This document shows, one piece after another, positions 20,070 through 29,860 of a DNA stretch of 64,000 nt. The first letter of the stretch is position 1. Each line of letters starts with the position of its first letter. The notes beneath the pieces were generated by a model that made no database searches, was not told the DNA's origin, and worked only from the letters and a program-made list of their open reading frames with translations. Position numbers and translations under genes: made by a program. The stretch comes from Sedimentisphaerales bacterium (GTDB lineage: Bacteria; Planctomycetota; Phycisphaerae; Sedimentisphaerales; SM23-30), in contig CAXXMR010000003.1 in NCBI GenBank assembly GCA_963663805.2, positions 160,001 through 224,000 on the forward strand, read 5' to 3'.

Positions 20070-21353
20070 TTAATGCCACGGTTTGAGTAGTGATCTAAAA
20101 TTTTGGATGCGGTGAAAGGTTATAGTGTTACTGTTGTGGGCACAACAGCTTTGCTTATCGCCGCTGCGGGAAGCAACGATTAGGTCCTGATCTTGAATTG
20201 TAAATGATGGGTAATTTCTGGATTCGCGGGCATCCGTACCGGCAGCAATCATCTGAAGGAACTGCCAGTCGACGAGGTTACGCGAGATGAAAAGTCCCAG
20301 ATAACGCCGCTCGTTTACGGGTAAGTTGTAACGGCCGCTTTCTACTAGTGCCGGCTTGGTTGTTGAATCATTGCTGATATTGGCGGCCATGAAGTAGCGT
20401 TGGGTTTGGGGGTCGTAGGTAATGTCGAATTTTAAATGTCCGCCGGGTATGGGCAGGAAAAGGCATCTTTGGCCGGAAGGAGATTTTTCCCAGGTAACTT
20501 CAATTGAGCCGTCGGTTTTCTGGATGGCTTTGAGTACGCATCCGATATTAGGCAGGCCGCCGGTATGGGCCCGCAGGATTAGATGGAAAGTCATTCCGGA
20601 GGTATCGTACCAGATGTGGTTGGGGTCCTTTATCTGTGCTATATTTGTCTCCAGGTAGCCTATGGGGGCATTATATCGATCTTCCTGGCCATTGTGTTCA
20701 ATAAGTGGGCCTAGTGGGAAGAACGGCATAGCAAGGTCTGGGAATTCTTTGCAGTGGTCGTCAAAAATCAGGTCACTGTTTGAGAAAGTCCACACTGACG
20801 GGTCTGTGAGATTGGCGTCCAGGGGGGCTGACAGTACTGTGGGGGCTAAAAAAGCGACCGGCCAGCGTTCCTGGGGTGTGTGGGGAACTTCTCGTTCCAG
20901 GGCCAGGTAAATTCGCCCGTGGGCTGTTATGTAGTTGGTTGGTGCGGCGTGCCAGGATTGGCCCTGGGTGAGGTATGTTATCTCGCTGAAAGTCTGGGCG
21001 TTGTTGGTTGAGCGAATTATGCCGAGATCTCCCCGATGGCCAATGACGTAAACTCCGGTAGGAGTTGTGAGGCAGCGGGCATGTGTCAGGGTTGAGGTTG
21101 CGGCCTGCTGCCAGCTTACTCCCTTATTGCTCGAGATAAAAGTATGGAGCTGATTATTGGGGTAAACGCCCGATTCGCAAATGACCAGAATATTGCCGTT
21201 GGGCAAAAGTTCCACGTCGGGGCTAAAAGCCGGAATTGTTTCTGGATTTGGGGAGGTGAATACTGTTGAATAATCAGGTTTGATGATTTTGTATTGTTTG
21301 TGTTGGCTCAGTTGCTTTTGCATCTGAGCAGTAGGAGCTATTGTTTTGGCCAT
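20070..21353 (-). CDS. Asp-box (BNR) beta-propeller, sialidase-like glycosidase candidate
   Basis: Asp-box-like SSNKGVSW, STNNAQTF, SRNLVDW; C-terminal RNYPS...SRSG. Confidence 0.65.
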   Translation of the reverse strand: MAKTIAPTAQMQKQLSQHKQYKIIKPDYSTVFTSPNPETIPAFSPDVELLPNGNILVICESGVYPNNQLHTFISSNKGVSWQQAATSTLTHARCLTTPTGVYVIGHRGDLGIIRSTNNAQTFSEITYLTQGQSWHAAPTNYITAHGRIYLALEREVPHTPQERWPVAFLAPTVLSAPLDANLTDPSVWTFSNSDLIFDDHCKEFPDLAMPFFPLGPLIEHNGQEDRYNAPIGYLETNIAQIKDPNHIWYDTSGMTFHLILRAHTGGLPNIGCVLKAIQKTDGSIEVTWEKSPSGQRCLFLPIPGGHLKFDITYDPQTQRYFMAANISNDSTTKPALVESGRYNLPVNERRYLGLFISRNLVDWQFLQMIAAGTDARESRNYPSFTIQDQDLIVASRSGDKQSCCAHNSNTITFHRIQNFRSLLKPWH

Positions 21354-21402
21354 GTCAACTTTCTTTTGGTAAGTGAATTTTAATGATTTTGTCTAATAGG
21401 CA

Positions 21403-21523
21403 AGATAAACGTTTAACTAAGATAAATCAAGTATAAAATGGATTCAATTTAAAATCTTTATTTTTAATGTTTTATATAAAAAATAAAAAAAGTGTTGACA
21501 ATAGATTAACGTTAAACTAAGAT
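21403..21523. promoter_or_regulatory. Two LacI-type operators overlapping divergent promoters
   Basis: Palindromes TAAACGTTTA (21406-21415) and TTAACGTTAA (21506-21515) within 21-bp repeats (19/21); TTGACA-N17-TAAGAT at 21495-21523. Confidence 0.75.
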
Positions 21524-21553
21524 GTTTTTGGTGTTATTGGAAGGAATAATCGT

Positions 21554-22606
21554 ATGAAGCCTCCGGTCAGCGGAAAGAAAAACGTTACAGTAAAAGATCT
21601 GGCTCAGCATTTGAATGTGAGCGTGACTACGGTCAGCAAGGCTTTGCGTGATCTTCCCGGGATTGGCGATGAGACTCGCCATGCGGTCAAGGAACTGGCC
21701 GGCCGTCTGGGGTACCGTCCCAATATGATGGCCCGGAGTCTGAAGAGCAGTGAGAGTACACATGTGGGAGTGTTGATCACGAAAGATATTACTATTCAAT
21801 GGTATGCCCAGTTGGTCAGTCGGCTCGAGGATGTGCTTCGTGAGAAGGGCTATACGGTTGTATTGAGCTTGGCTAAAGATGATGCCGAGAACGAACGTAA
21901 GTGTCTTGAGGCTTTTATGGGCGGCCATGTGGCCGGCATACTCGCGGGGCCGGTATTTCATCGTCGCGACCTGCGGCCTTTATGGGAAGTCGTTGAACAT
22001 GGTCCGCCTGTGGTATTGTTTAACTGCCTGGAAGAGCTGCCGGTCAATTATGTGGCGGTGGATCACTTAAGCGGAATGCGGCAGGTTGTTGAGTATTTGA
22101 TCGAGATGGGGCATAGTCGCATAGGCTATCTTTGCTGTCCGCCTGAAGCTTTCCGGGAAGGGAATAATACACGTAAGGAAGGTTTTGAGGCGGCTTTTCT
22201 GGATAATGGCTTGCGGCTTGACCGGAATTATATGGTCGAAGGCCTGGCAACGTTCAGGAACGGTTATGAAAAAATGAATCATTTGTTGGGTGACTGGGGT
22301 TGCGATGGGTTTCCCACTGTGTTTTTCTGTCACAATGACGAAGCGGCAATTGGCGCGATGGACGCGATACGTAATCATGGTTTGGCTGTGCCGAATGATA
22401 TTTCGATTATTGGTTATGATGATATTGAGCGGGCGGCTTATACTTCTCCCCGACTTTCAACGGTCGGAGGTGTTCTTAATAAGCAGGTTGAACGCATGGT
22501 TGATGTATTGCTGGCCGCGATAAATGGTGAACAAAAAAGTTTTGTTAAGGAAAAAGTTGTTCCGGAATTAATTATTCGTGACAGCGTGGCGAAAATGAAA
22601 GTCTAA
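21554..22606 (+). CDS. LacI-family transcriptional regulator
   Basis: VTVKDLAQHLNVSVTTVSKAL HTH, LGYRPN..ARSL hinge, VPNDISIIGYDD, P.LSTV, LIIRDS. Confidence 0.95.
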   Translation: MKPPVSGKKNVTVKDLAQHLNVSVTTVSKALRDLPGIGDETRHAVKELAGRLGYRPNMMARSLKSSESTHVGVLITKDITIQWYAQLVSRLEDVLREKGYTVVLSLAKDDAENERKCLEAFMGGHVAGILAGPVFHRRDLRPLWEVVEHGPPVVLFNCLEELPVNYVAVDHLSGMRQVVEYLIEMGHSRIGYLCCPPEAFREGNNTRKEGFEAAFLDNGLRLDRNYMVEGLATFRNGYEKMNHLLGDWGCDGFPTVFFCHNDEAAIGAMDAIRNHGLAVPNDISIIGYDDIERAAYTSPRLSTVGGVLNKQVERMVDVLLAAINGEQKSFVKEKVVPELIIRDSVAKMKV

Positions 22607-22786
22607 GAAGGTCTAACAAAACGCATTTTCAACACCGAAAACGAGCGTTTTTTCGACTGGCAAGGCGGCGGGGCCAAAAGCACCGCAGGCATAGCCAAAG
22701 CTATGTCGAGGATGATTTTGTGCCCGACAACGCAGCCAGACAGAAAATAAGCCGTTTGAATGTAAAATCGTTGTGTTAGAGCTTCT
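22606..22786. repeat. MITE-like long imperfect inverted-repeat element
   Basis: Ends agaaggtctaacaaaacg / cgttgtgttagagcttct (16/18 IR); internal ggcatagccaaagctatgtc hairpin; ctaag on both sides. Confidence 0.55.
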
Positions 22787-22907
22787 AAGTTCGGATACCG
22801 CTCTACGCGGCAGTCGTAAATAATAAAACCAGTGATGATTGGTCTGCGGGGAGTCCGCGCTTATAGATAAGGGATTGTAAATGGTATTGAAAACCTGGAG
22901 AAACAAA

Positions 22908-23777
22908 ATGAAGCAAAATAAGGGATTTACGCTGGTTGAACTGTTGGTAGTGGTGGCGATTATCGCGTTGCTGGTTTCAATTTTACTGCCCGCGATAGGT
23001 CGGGCGCGTGAGATGGGTAAACGAGCGGTATGTTCTACCAATTTGCGCAGTGTGAGTCTGGGTTATACACTTTACAGTGAAGATAATCAGGGACGCCTGC
23101 CCACTTTCAAGCGAATTAACGGTGGCAATAAGATAAGCGTTTACCTGATGGGCGGGCGTTCTGGTGAGCGTGGGATCGTCTGGGACGGCTTTGCCTTGAA
23201 TTCGACGGAACGGCCTTTGAATGATTATTGCGGTGGGCCTTACACCTCACGTTATTCTTGGCCGGGTGCTCCTTCTTACGCGGAATATCTGGCAGGTGAT
23301 AGCGAGACTCTGCTTTTTCAGTGTCCTTCAGATAGCGGCAACAGCAAGGGTGGCAGTTTGCCAGCAGGGACTGTACGTTTTAACAGCACTTATAAATTCT
23401 ATGGTTCTTCGTATGGCTTTAATGGTTATTTTTTCTTGCATGAGGGTTCCAATAAAGGCAAGCCGGTGCCTACTCTGACGGGAATAAAAATTGCCCAGGT
23501 TCGCCGGGCATCTGATGTAGTATTGGCCAGCGATCGAAGCGCACCGGGTGGTGATGAATATTGTCGGTGGCACGACCAGAAAAAAGCGGCAGGGATGATG
23601 AGTTTTGTTGATGGCCGGGTGTGGTACAACGAATTACCTTATGTGCATGAAATTGATGGATACCGAACACAGGATTTTTGTTTTGAGGCTTATCCGGGCC
23701 AGATTAAAAATTTTGAATCTTGTTACCCCTCGATTTTGCCTACCAATGACTGGCATACGATTGGTTTGGCTGAGTAA
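22908..23777 (+). CDS. Prepilin-type N-terminal cleavage/methylation protein, DUF1559-like (glycan locus)
   Basis: [42 protein letters not shown]...SFVDG. Confidence 0.92.
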   Translation: MKQNKGFTLVELLVVVAIIALLVSILLPAIGRAREMGKRAVCSTNLRSVSLGYTLYSEDNQGRLPTFKRINGGNKISVYLMGGRSGERGIVWDGFALNSTERPLNDYCGGPYTSRYSWPGAPSYAEYLAGDSETLLFQCPSDSGNSKGGSLPAGTVRFNSTYKFYGSSYGFNGYFFLHEGSNKGKPVPTLTGIKIAQVRRASDVVLASDRSAPGGDEYCRWHDQKKAAGMMSFVDGRVWYNELPYVHEIDGYRTQDFCFEAYPGQIKNFESCYPSILPTNDWHTIGLAE

Positions 23778-23857
23778 TTGGAATAGCGAGTATATTAAGA
23801 CTTTTTCCGCGGTGGGAGAAGTTGTAGTTTTGGTTTTCTTTTTTAAGGAGTTTGGAA

Positions 23858-24679
23858 ATGGATGATGTGAGAAAAATGATGTTGGGTTTGATGATGGTTT
23901 TGTGTTTAGCGTTTGCTTCAGCGGATGGTGCATTGCTGGTCTATGAAGGTTTCAATTATGACGGTATGGACGAAGGCAATGCGATTTCGGGGATGGGCAG
24001 TGCCAGCGACGGTTGGGCCGGTGCATGGGATAGCGGTTCCGGCTTTGTACTGGGTGGGACCGGTTTGGATATGAACGGCTATGGTTATGACACTGTAGGT
24101 TACAGTGCTTATGGCAAGGACAAAAGCACCACGGTGGCGGTGCGGCATTTTGGCAGTTCAAGTCAGTTGGATCTGTCGGTTGACGCTACTTATTATATTA
24201 GCTTAATGGTTCAATTATCTGAATTTGGCTCAGGTTCTCAGTATTTCAATATGGAATTTCGTACTGCTGAAAACAGTCGCCAATTTACCTTTGGTGCGAC
24301 AAGCACGCGCGATGCTACTTTATACGATCTTGGCGAACGTGTAAATGCCGTGGGAGCCTGCGATACTACTGATGTTATGCTGCTGGTATGCAAGATTGAG
24401 GCCTCGGCTGCCGGTAATGACCAGGCGTTTTTGAGTGTTTTCCACGGTGTTGATGCTTTCAGCGGTCTCGAACCGGCAAGCTGGGATATTACTGGTACAG
24501 CAGAGGCTAATGATTCAGTTCTGGAAAGAATCCGGATTGTGGGTGGATATGATACCGCGATGGCATTTGATGAGATTCGGATCGGTACCGAATGGGGCGA
24601 TGTAGTGCCCGAGCCGCTGAGTCTGGTATTGCTGGGATTGGGAGGTTTGTTTGCCGGACGTTACAAACGTCAAAAATAG
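23858..24679 (+). CDS. PEP-CTERM surface protein (beta-sandwich passenger)
   Basis: Signal peptide; LLVYEGFNY..GWAGAW..DEIRIGTEWGDV; VPEP-TM-RYKRQK tail. Confidence 0.9.
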   Translation: MDDVRKMMLGLMMVLCLAFASADGALLVYEGFNYDGMDEGNAISGMGSASDGWAGAWDSGSGFVLGGTGLDMNGYGYDTVGYSAYGKDKSTTVAVRHFGSSSQLDLSVDATYYISLMVQLSEFGSGSQYFNMEFRTAENSRQFTFGATSTRDATLYDLGERVNAVGACDTTDVMLLVCKIEASAAGNDQAFLSVFHGVDAFSGLEPASWDITGTAEANDSVLERIRIVGGYDTAMAFDEIRIGTEWGDVVPEPLSLVLLGLGGLFAGRYKRQK

Positions 24680-24721
24680 TGTTTAGTTGTATTTGTTTTT
24701 TTCTAACACAGGAGTATTTAC

Positions 24722-26440
24722 ATGAAAATGATACTTAGGGCATTTTGCTTGTTTGTGGGGCTGTTTTTTGCCGCAGCCGGTGTTTTGAACGCTGATGTTC
24801 TGGTTTATGAAGGCTATGATTATCTGGCCCCGCAGACCCTGATGAATAAAGGGACTGCGATTGACGGCTGGGGAGGGGCGTGGGTAAATGATCCCGCTCA
24901 AAATGACCTGGAAACCGAGCTGAATAGCCTAGCTATGACGGATTTTAATTTGCCGACAGTTGGTAACAAGATTGGCAATCTGGTTACGGATGGTCAAAAG
25001 GCATATCGTGATTTCGGCAAGGCTTTGCAGATGGGAATCAATGCCGACTACTATTCCAGCGTTCTGGTGAAATTTAAAAATCCGGATCTGACGGCTGGTT
25101 CGCAGTGGTTCAATGTTGAGTTCAAGAACAGTAAGGATGAATATACTCTGAAATGGGGTTCTTCGAGCCTTCATGCTGCCTGGCTGGGTAAGATCACTTC
25201 AACTTCGCAGGATAAGAAGCTGGATGGATATTGCTATAGCGAAAGTACTATGCTTATGGTGTTAAAGCTGGAATGCTATGCCAATCAACCGGACCAAGCC
25301 TATATGATGGTCGTCAAGGATGGTAACGATGTGCCGGTTCTGGAGCCGACAGATGATTCCGGCTGGACGCTGATTGGTACCCCCTGGGGAACCAACAGTA
25401 ATATTGATCGGGTTCGCCTGAGCGGTGGTAACGGGGGCGATTATTCGTGGTCCACAGATGAATTGCGGATCGGTACCCAATGGAGTGATGTGGTCAAGAC
25501 AGATGTTAACATGGCCGGCAATCCTTCGCATCAGGGTTATTATGGTGACGCTTCGTTTCTGGTCCCGACAACTTTGACCTGGACGGCGGGTGCTTCGGTT
25601 GATGCAACCAGCGGCCATCAGGTTTATTTTGGCACCGACAGAGATGTGGTGGCTAATGCGACGGTGGCTGACCCTCAGGGTGTTTACCAGGGTAGCTATG
25701 ACGCTGCGAGTTTTGCCGCGGGTATGCTGGAAAAGGATACGGCATATTTCTGGCGGGTTGACGAAGTTAGCGGCGGCACGATCTATAAAGGTAATGTCTG
25801 GCGCGTCACAACCGGTGATCGTGTCTGGGTTGACAACTTTGAAAGCTATACCGATGTAGCGGGCCTGACGGCAGTCTGGCAAGACTGGCAGGTTAACGGC
25901 AGCGGTGCGGCGATTGACATGCAGATCGATGACGAGACAACTGGTACGGTTTCTTACAACAGTTTCCAGAGTATGAAGTATGACTATGACAGCAGCTTTG
26001 GAGGTTCTGAAGCGACATATGTTTATGCTTCACCGGCTGACTGGTCCACCGGCGGTGAGTTGATGTCGTTAGATGTGCATTTTAAAGGTACGGCCGCGAA
26101 CAGTACCGCTGAACAGATGTATCTGAAGATCGAAGACAGCTCAGCTGGTGCAGTGACTATCAATTATGATGGCGATAGTGCTGATCTGGCTTCTGAGAGC
26201 TGGAAGAACTGGCAGATCGATTTAACTGCGGTCAGCGGAGTTGACTTAACCTCGGTAAGCAAGATGACCATTGGTTTTGCCGGCAGCGGCAGTGGGACCG
26301 GTACGATGTATTTCGACGGGATAGCTTTGTTTGGCTGTCGTTCGGGTGCAATGACTGAGGATTTGAATGGTGATTGCAGGGTTGATTTAGGTGACTTTAC
26401 TGCACTGGTTAATAAATGGCTGGATAGCAAGCCTTTCTAG
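24722..26440 (+). CDS. Secreted multidomain protein: paralogue of the 23858 passenger + Fn3-like + CBM-like + dockerin-like tail
   Basis: VLVYEGYDY..GWGGAW..DELRIGTQWSDV; L.W.AG..H.VYFGT..YFWRVDE; VDNFESY; EDLNGDCRVDLGDF..NKWL. Confidence 0.8.
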   Translation: MKMILRAFCLFVGLFFAAAGVLNADVLVYEGYDYLAPQTLMNKGTAIDGWGGAWVNDPAQNDLETELNSLAMTDFNLPTVGNKIGNLVTDGQKAYRDFGKALQMGINADYYSSVLVKFKNPDLTAGSQWFNVEFKNSKDEYTLKWGSSSLHAAWLGKITSTSQDKKLDGYCYSESTMLMVLKLECYANQPDQAYMMVVKDGNDVPVLEPTDDSGWTLIGTPWGTNSNIDRVRLSGGNGGDYSWSTDELRIGTQWSDVVKTDVNMAGNPSHQGYYGDASFLVPTTLTWTAGASVDATSGHQVYFGTDRDVVANATVADPQGVYQGSYDAASFAAGMLEKDTAYFWRVDEVSGGTIYKGNVWRVTTGDRVWVDNFESYTDVAGLTAVWQDWQVNGSGAAIDMQIDDETTGTVSYNSFQSMKYDYDSSFGGSEATYVYASPADWSTGGELMSLDVHFKGTAANSTAEQMYLKIEDSSAGAVTINYDGDSADLASESWKNWQIDLTAVSGVDLTSVSKMTIGFAGSGSGTGTMYFDGIALFGCRSGAMTEDLNGDCRVDLGDFTALVNKWLDSKPF

Positions 26441-26460
26441 GATTAGTTTAGCGATTTCAG

Positions 26461-26494
26461 GGCACCGTGTCTCAGGGCGCGGTGCCTGTCTTTT
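26461..26494 (+). terminator. Rho-independent terminator/attenuator-like hairpin
   Basis: ggcaccgtgtc-tcag-ggcgcggtgcc followed by tgtctttt. Confidence 0.55.
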
Positions 26495-26503
26495 AATATA
26501 GGC

Positions 26504-29500
26504 GTGTATTCAATGCGAATTATCAGTGTGTTTGTAATTCTAATAGTGTGGGTGGAACTGGTTTGTGCGTTGCCTGTTTCGGGGGTGCTGGATGATGGTC
26601 AGGGTGATTTTGATCCGTGGAATAAGACTCGCTGGGCAGCGTGGTATGTTGACGGTAAGCTGGCTTATTCGTTTGACATTGACTGTTCGCTGAGATTTGC
26701 CTCACGCAGCACTGCCTGGGAGGTTGATCTATCGGAGCTAGAAGGGGATTGGGGACCTCGACTTTTTCGGATTACCACGAATGCTTCAATTGACATTGAC
26801 GGTAACGGTGTGATTGTCGATGCACGGCTGGCCCATACGCAGGGTTGGTCCCTTGCTTACTGGTACACAAAACCGGGAACTGATAATTTTGGCGTTTGGC
26901 GGGGGATCTATCTGGAACAGACAGGCGAGGTTGTGGCTGGAGATAATGGCTCACGGATATACGATATAACTTTGATAGGGTTTCGGGCAGCGGTTGAGTT
27001 CGGCTGGGATCACCGAAGGCTGGTTACAATTGCAGAAAGTACTTTCAAGATCGGCAGATGGCTGGTTTTTCCCCGTGGAGCGAACGGGGTAATAGAAAAT
27101 TGCCAGATCATCCAGGGCTATGACAGTGGAGTTTATGCGGAAACTGAATCGCATAATTTTGTGTTCAGCGGCAATACTTTTCAGGACAATAACATTCGGG
27201 GTGTTATTTCATGGTCGGATTTGATCCTGGATGCCTGTTATGATTTTACGATAATAAACAATTCCTTCCTGCCGGCTTCTTATTTGCCATCTGATTATCA
27301 TACCGCGATTTCTTTATATCGTAATCGCGGAGAAAATGATCTAATTAGACCTAATGCCAGCCGAGGACATGTAATTCAGGGCAATTATTTTGAAGATCGA
27401 AATGTAGCGATTGATCAGGGAATCCGGGCGGGTAGGATAAATGATTTTGATCTTGCTTTTGAAGGGCGTTGCTATTCGAATAACGTGACGGTGCAGGGTA
27501 ATACGTTTGAGGATTGCCGGGTGGGGATAAATACACGCAGTAGTTTCAACCATTTTAAGAATAACACATTTAACAATGTTGATCGCGAAATTGTGCTTTT
27601 ATGCCCATTCTATAAGTCGGTCTTCAATACTATCGAACAGCAAAGCGGCACGACTGTCTGGCTTTGGGCAATGGGATCTGACCCGGGCAGTTATTATGAT
27701 GATGTGCATCCTTATGGATTTGGAGTGGGGGATGAAATAACAGCAGAGGAAAAACTGTATTTTATACGCTCTGACGGCAGTGCTTCATTTGTTAATCCCG
27801 GTAATGTAAAGTTGGTAATAGCTGATACAATTTTGCAGGCTGACCCGGAAGATTTTGACGCCGATTTTCAGGTTGACATAACAGACCTGCGTTGGTGGCT
27901 GGAAGATTGGCTGGGAAACGGAGCGGGCCGAGATTTAGACGGGGATGGCCAGGTTGATTTATGCGATTATTCCTATCTCGCCGATCGCTGGGGGCGGGGT
28001 AATGATTTGCAGGATTATTTTGATAATGGTGGTTGTGCCCTTGATGTGGCCGTAGGGGACTTCGCGCGGGATTTGCCGGGTGATGAGATTGCGATCATCT
28101 GGGACGATCCGGTTTCAAATATCGAAGGAACAGAATATTACACGATAATTTTCTATGACAGTAACGGCGTGGAATTTGATCGTTGCGGACGAAGCCAAAA
28201 CCGTTGGGGGCAAATTGCCGGCGGTGATTTCATTGCCAACCTGCCGACCAACTGTTGGTCGGAAGTTGTTGAAGATGAGATTGCGGCGGTTTCTTCGGTA
28301 CCGGATAGCAACGGAAAATATTCAGTGTATATTTTTCGCAGAGGTTGGAAAGATGCCGCTCAGGTACTGTTGGCTGATAATTCTGATCCGGTTGCTGATA
28401 TTACCGCTGGGCAATTTAATACTAATGGTGATGTTTATGACGAACTGGCAGTTATATTTGAAACAGGCTCGACAGATATTACATATGTAAAACCGTTAGA
28501 TTCCGGCTGGACATCAAATACGACTGTTGGTACGCGGTTAATGGATATTGCCGCTGGAAATCTGGACGGTTATGCTTCCAATGGTGATGAGATAGTGGGT
28601 ATCGTACGCCCCGACCCGGCCTTGTCATTGGTAGCTGCCTGGGATTTTGAGGATAAAAATGGGGGGGCTTTAGTCGATAAAGCTCCCGCAGGGAAATGTT
28701 GCGATGATCTGACAGTTCTGGGTACGGTTATTGTCAGTGACGGTCGGGCTCAGTTACGCAAAGACTATGGCGGGGCACTGCGGGCCCTGGACTCGCAAGA
28801 CCTGAACATGCAAGGTGATTTTACGATCTGGATCCGGGCGAAGGTCTGTAATGACCCCACATCATATATTTCGATGGTAGACAAGCGGCGGTTCTTCGGA
28901 CCCCAGGAGCGTTCTTATGCTTTTTTGATTAATACTTCTGCTAAAGCCCAGGGGGGGGCAGTGGCAGATCATTTTGGCCTGGGTGGACAGATATGTGCCG
29001 ATGGAGTGAGTGGGGGGGATGAGATATGGGATGTTGATGGCGCCGAGATAGTGCCAATTTCCGAAGTGAGAGAATTGGTAATGCGATGTGCCGATAAAGG
29101 GGCATTGCAGGTGGAATGGCTGGCCTCAACGGTGACTAACCCCACAGTCGGAAATCAGTGGCAAATTGTTAACGGCATGACGTATCAGGAAAATGTGCGC
29201 GAAATATTCCAAAGCACGACTGATTTATATCTTGGCAATACAGTGAATGCCGACCCGCAGTCCGCGACGGTTGACTATTATGAAGTACGGATATACCAAA
29301 GCTGGCTGGATGACGAGCAGTTGGCGGATATTATCCCAGGCGCTATAGATCACCTGGCGACGACAGAATATAAAGCCTCTGTTTATAGAACCGGCAGCAG
29401 CAGTGTGTATCGGGAAACGGCTGTTTCTGCGAATCCTTGGCAGGTTGTGGCGGCAGGTGAGTTTGTGGACGAAGGCCGGCCTTTGGAGGAAATGGCCTTG

Positions 29501-29833
29501 ATAAGTTCAGTGACCGGCGGTAGAAAATACTCCGTCGATTATTATAAGGCTACGTCCCAGGTGGCTATAAAGAGTGTTCTATATGATGTTATGACGGTGG
29601 AACCGAGTTGCCTGGATACGGGAAATTTATTTGTGGGAGAAGTTTTGAGTGACTATGAAAAATGCTCAGGGCTGGCCAGTGGTGATTATGGAGCTGATAT
29701 GGCTGATTGGGGTGATGATTTAATGGTATTGCCGGCCCAAGGCAATCAGAGTGATTCGATCCCGGCATATTTTCTGCGGAGCAGCAGCGACGGCAGTTCA
29801 AGGTACTTTAAGATGGTGCCTGTTTTAAGATAA
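26504..29833 (+). CDS. Large secreted protein: right-handed beta-helix, internal dockerin-like pair, FG-GAP-like repeats, LamG-like domain
   Basis: Repeated N.F.DN beta-helix rungs; DFDADFQVD..DWL / DLDGDGQVD; AAG.F..DEI repeats; LVAAWDFE..DFTIWIR; paralogous to the 34877 gene; start may be ATG 26513. Confidence 0.75.
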   Translation: MYSMRIISVFVILIVWVELVCALPVSGVLDDGQGDFDPWNKTRWAAWYVDGKLAYSFDIDCSLRFASRSTAWEVDLSELEGDWGPRLFRITTNASIDIDGNGVIVDARLAHTQGWSLAYWYTKPGTDNFGVWRGIYLEQTGEVVAGDNGSRIYDITLIGFRAAVEFGWDHRRLVTIAESTFKIGRWLVFPRGANGVIENCQIIQGYDSGVYAETESHNFVFSGNTFQDNNIRGVISWSDLILDACYDFTIINNSFLPASYLPSDYHTAISLYRNRGENDLIRPNASRGHVIQGNYFEDRNVAIDQGIRAGRINDFDLAFEGRCYSNNVTVQGNTFEDCRVGINTRSSFNHFKNNTFNNVDREIVLLCPFYKSVFNTIEQQSGTTVWLWAMGSDPGSYYDDVHPYGFGVGDEITAEEKLYFIRSDGSASFVNPGNVKLVIADTILQADPEDFDADFQVDITDLRWWLEDWLGNGAGRDLDGDGQVDLCDYSYLADRWGRGNDLQDYFDNGGCALDVAVGDFARDLPGDEIAIIWDDPVSNIEGTEYYTIIFYDSNGVEFDRCGRSQNRWGQIAGGDFIANLPTNCWSEVVEDEIAAVSSVPDSNGKYSVYIFRRGWKDAAQVLLADNSDPVADITAGQFNTNGDVYDELAVIFETGSTDITYVKPLDSGWTSNTTVGTRLMDIAAGNLDGYASNGDEIVGIVRPDPALSLVAAWDFEDKNGGALVDKAPAGKCCDDLTVLGTVIVSDGRAQLRKDYGGALRALDSQDLNMQGDFTIWIRAKVCNDPTSYISMVDKRRFFGPQERSYAFLINTSAKAQGGAVADHFGLGGQICADGVSGGDEIWDVDGAEIVPISEVRELVMRCADKGALQVEWLASTVTNPTVGNQWQIVNGMTYQENVREIFQSTTDLYLGNTVNADPQSATVDYYEVRIYQSWLDDEQLADIIPGAIDHLATTEYKASVYRTGSSSVYRETAVSANPWQVVAAGEFVDEGRPLEEMALISSVTGGRKYSVDYYKATSQVAIKSVLYDVMTVEPSCLDTGNLFVGEVLSDYEKCSGLASGDYGADMADWGDDLMVLPAQGNQSDSIPAYFLRSSSDGSSRYFKMVPVLR

Positions 29834-29860
29834 TTTTGTGATAATCCCGGTTGAAACTAT

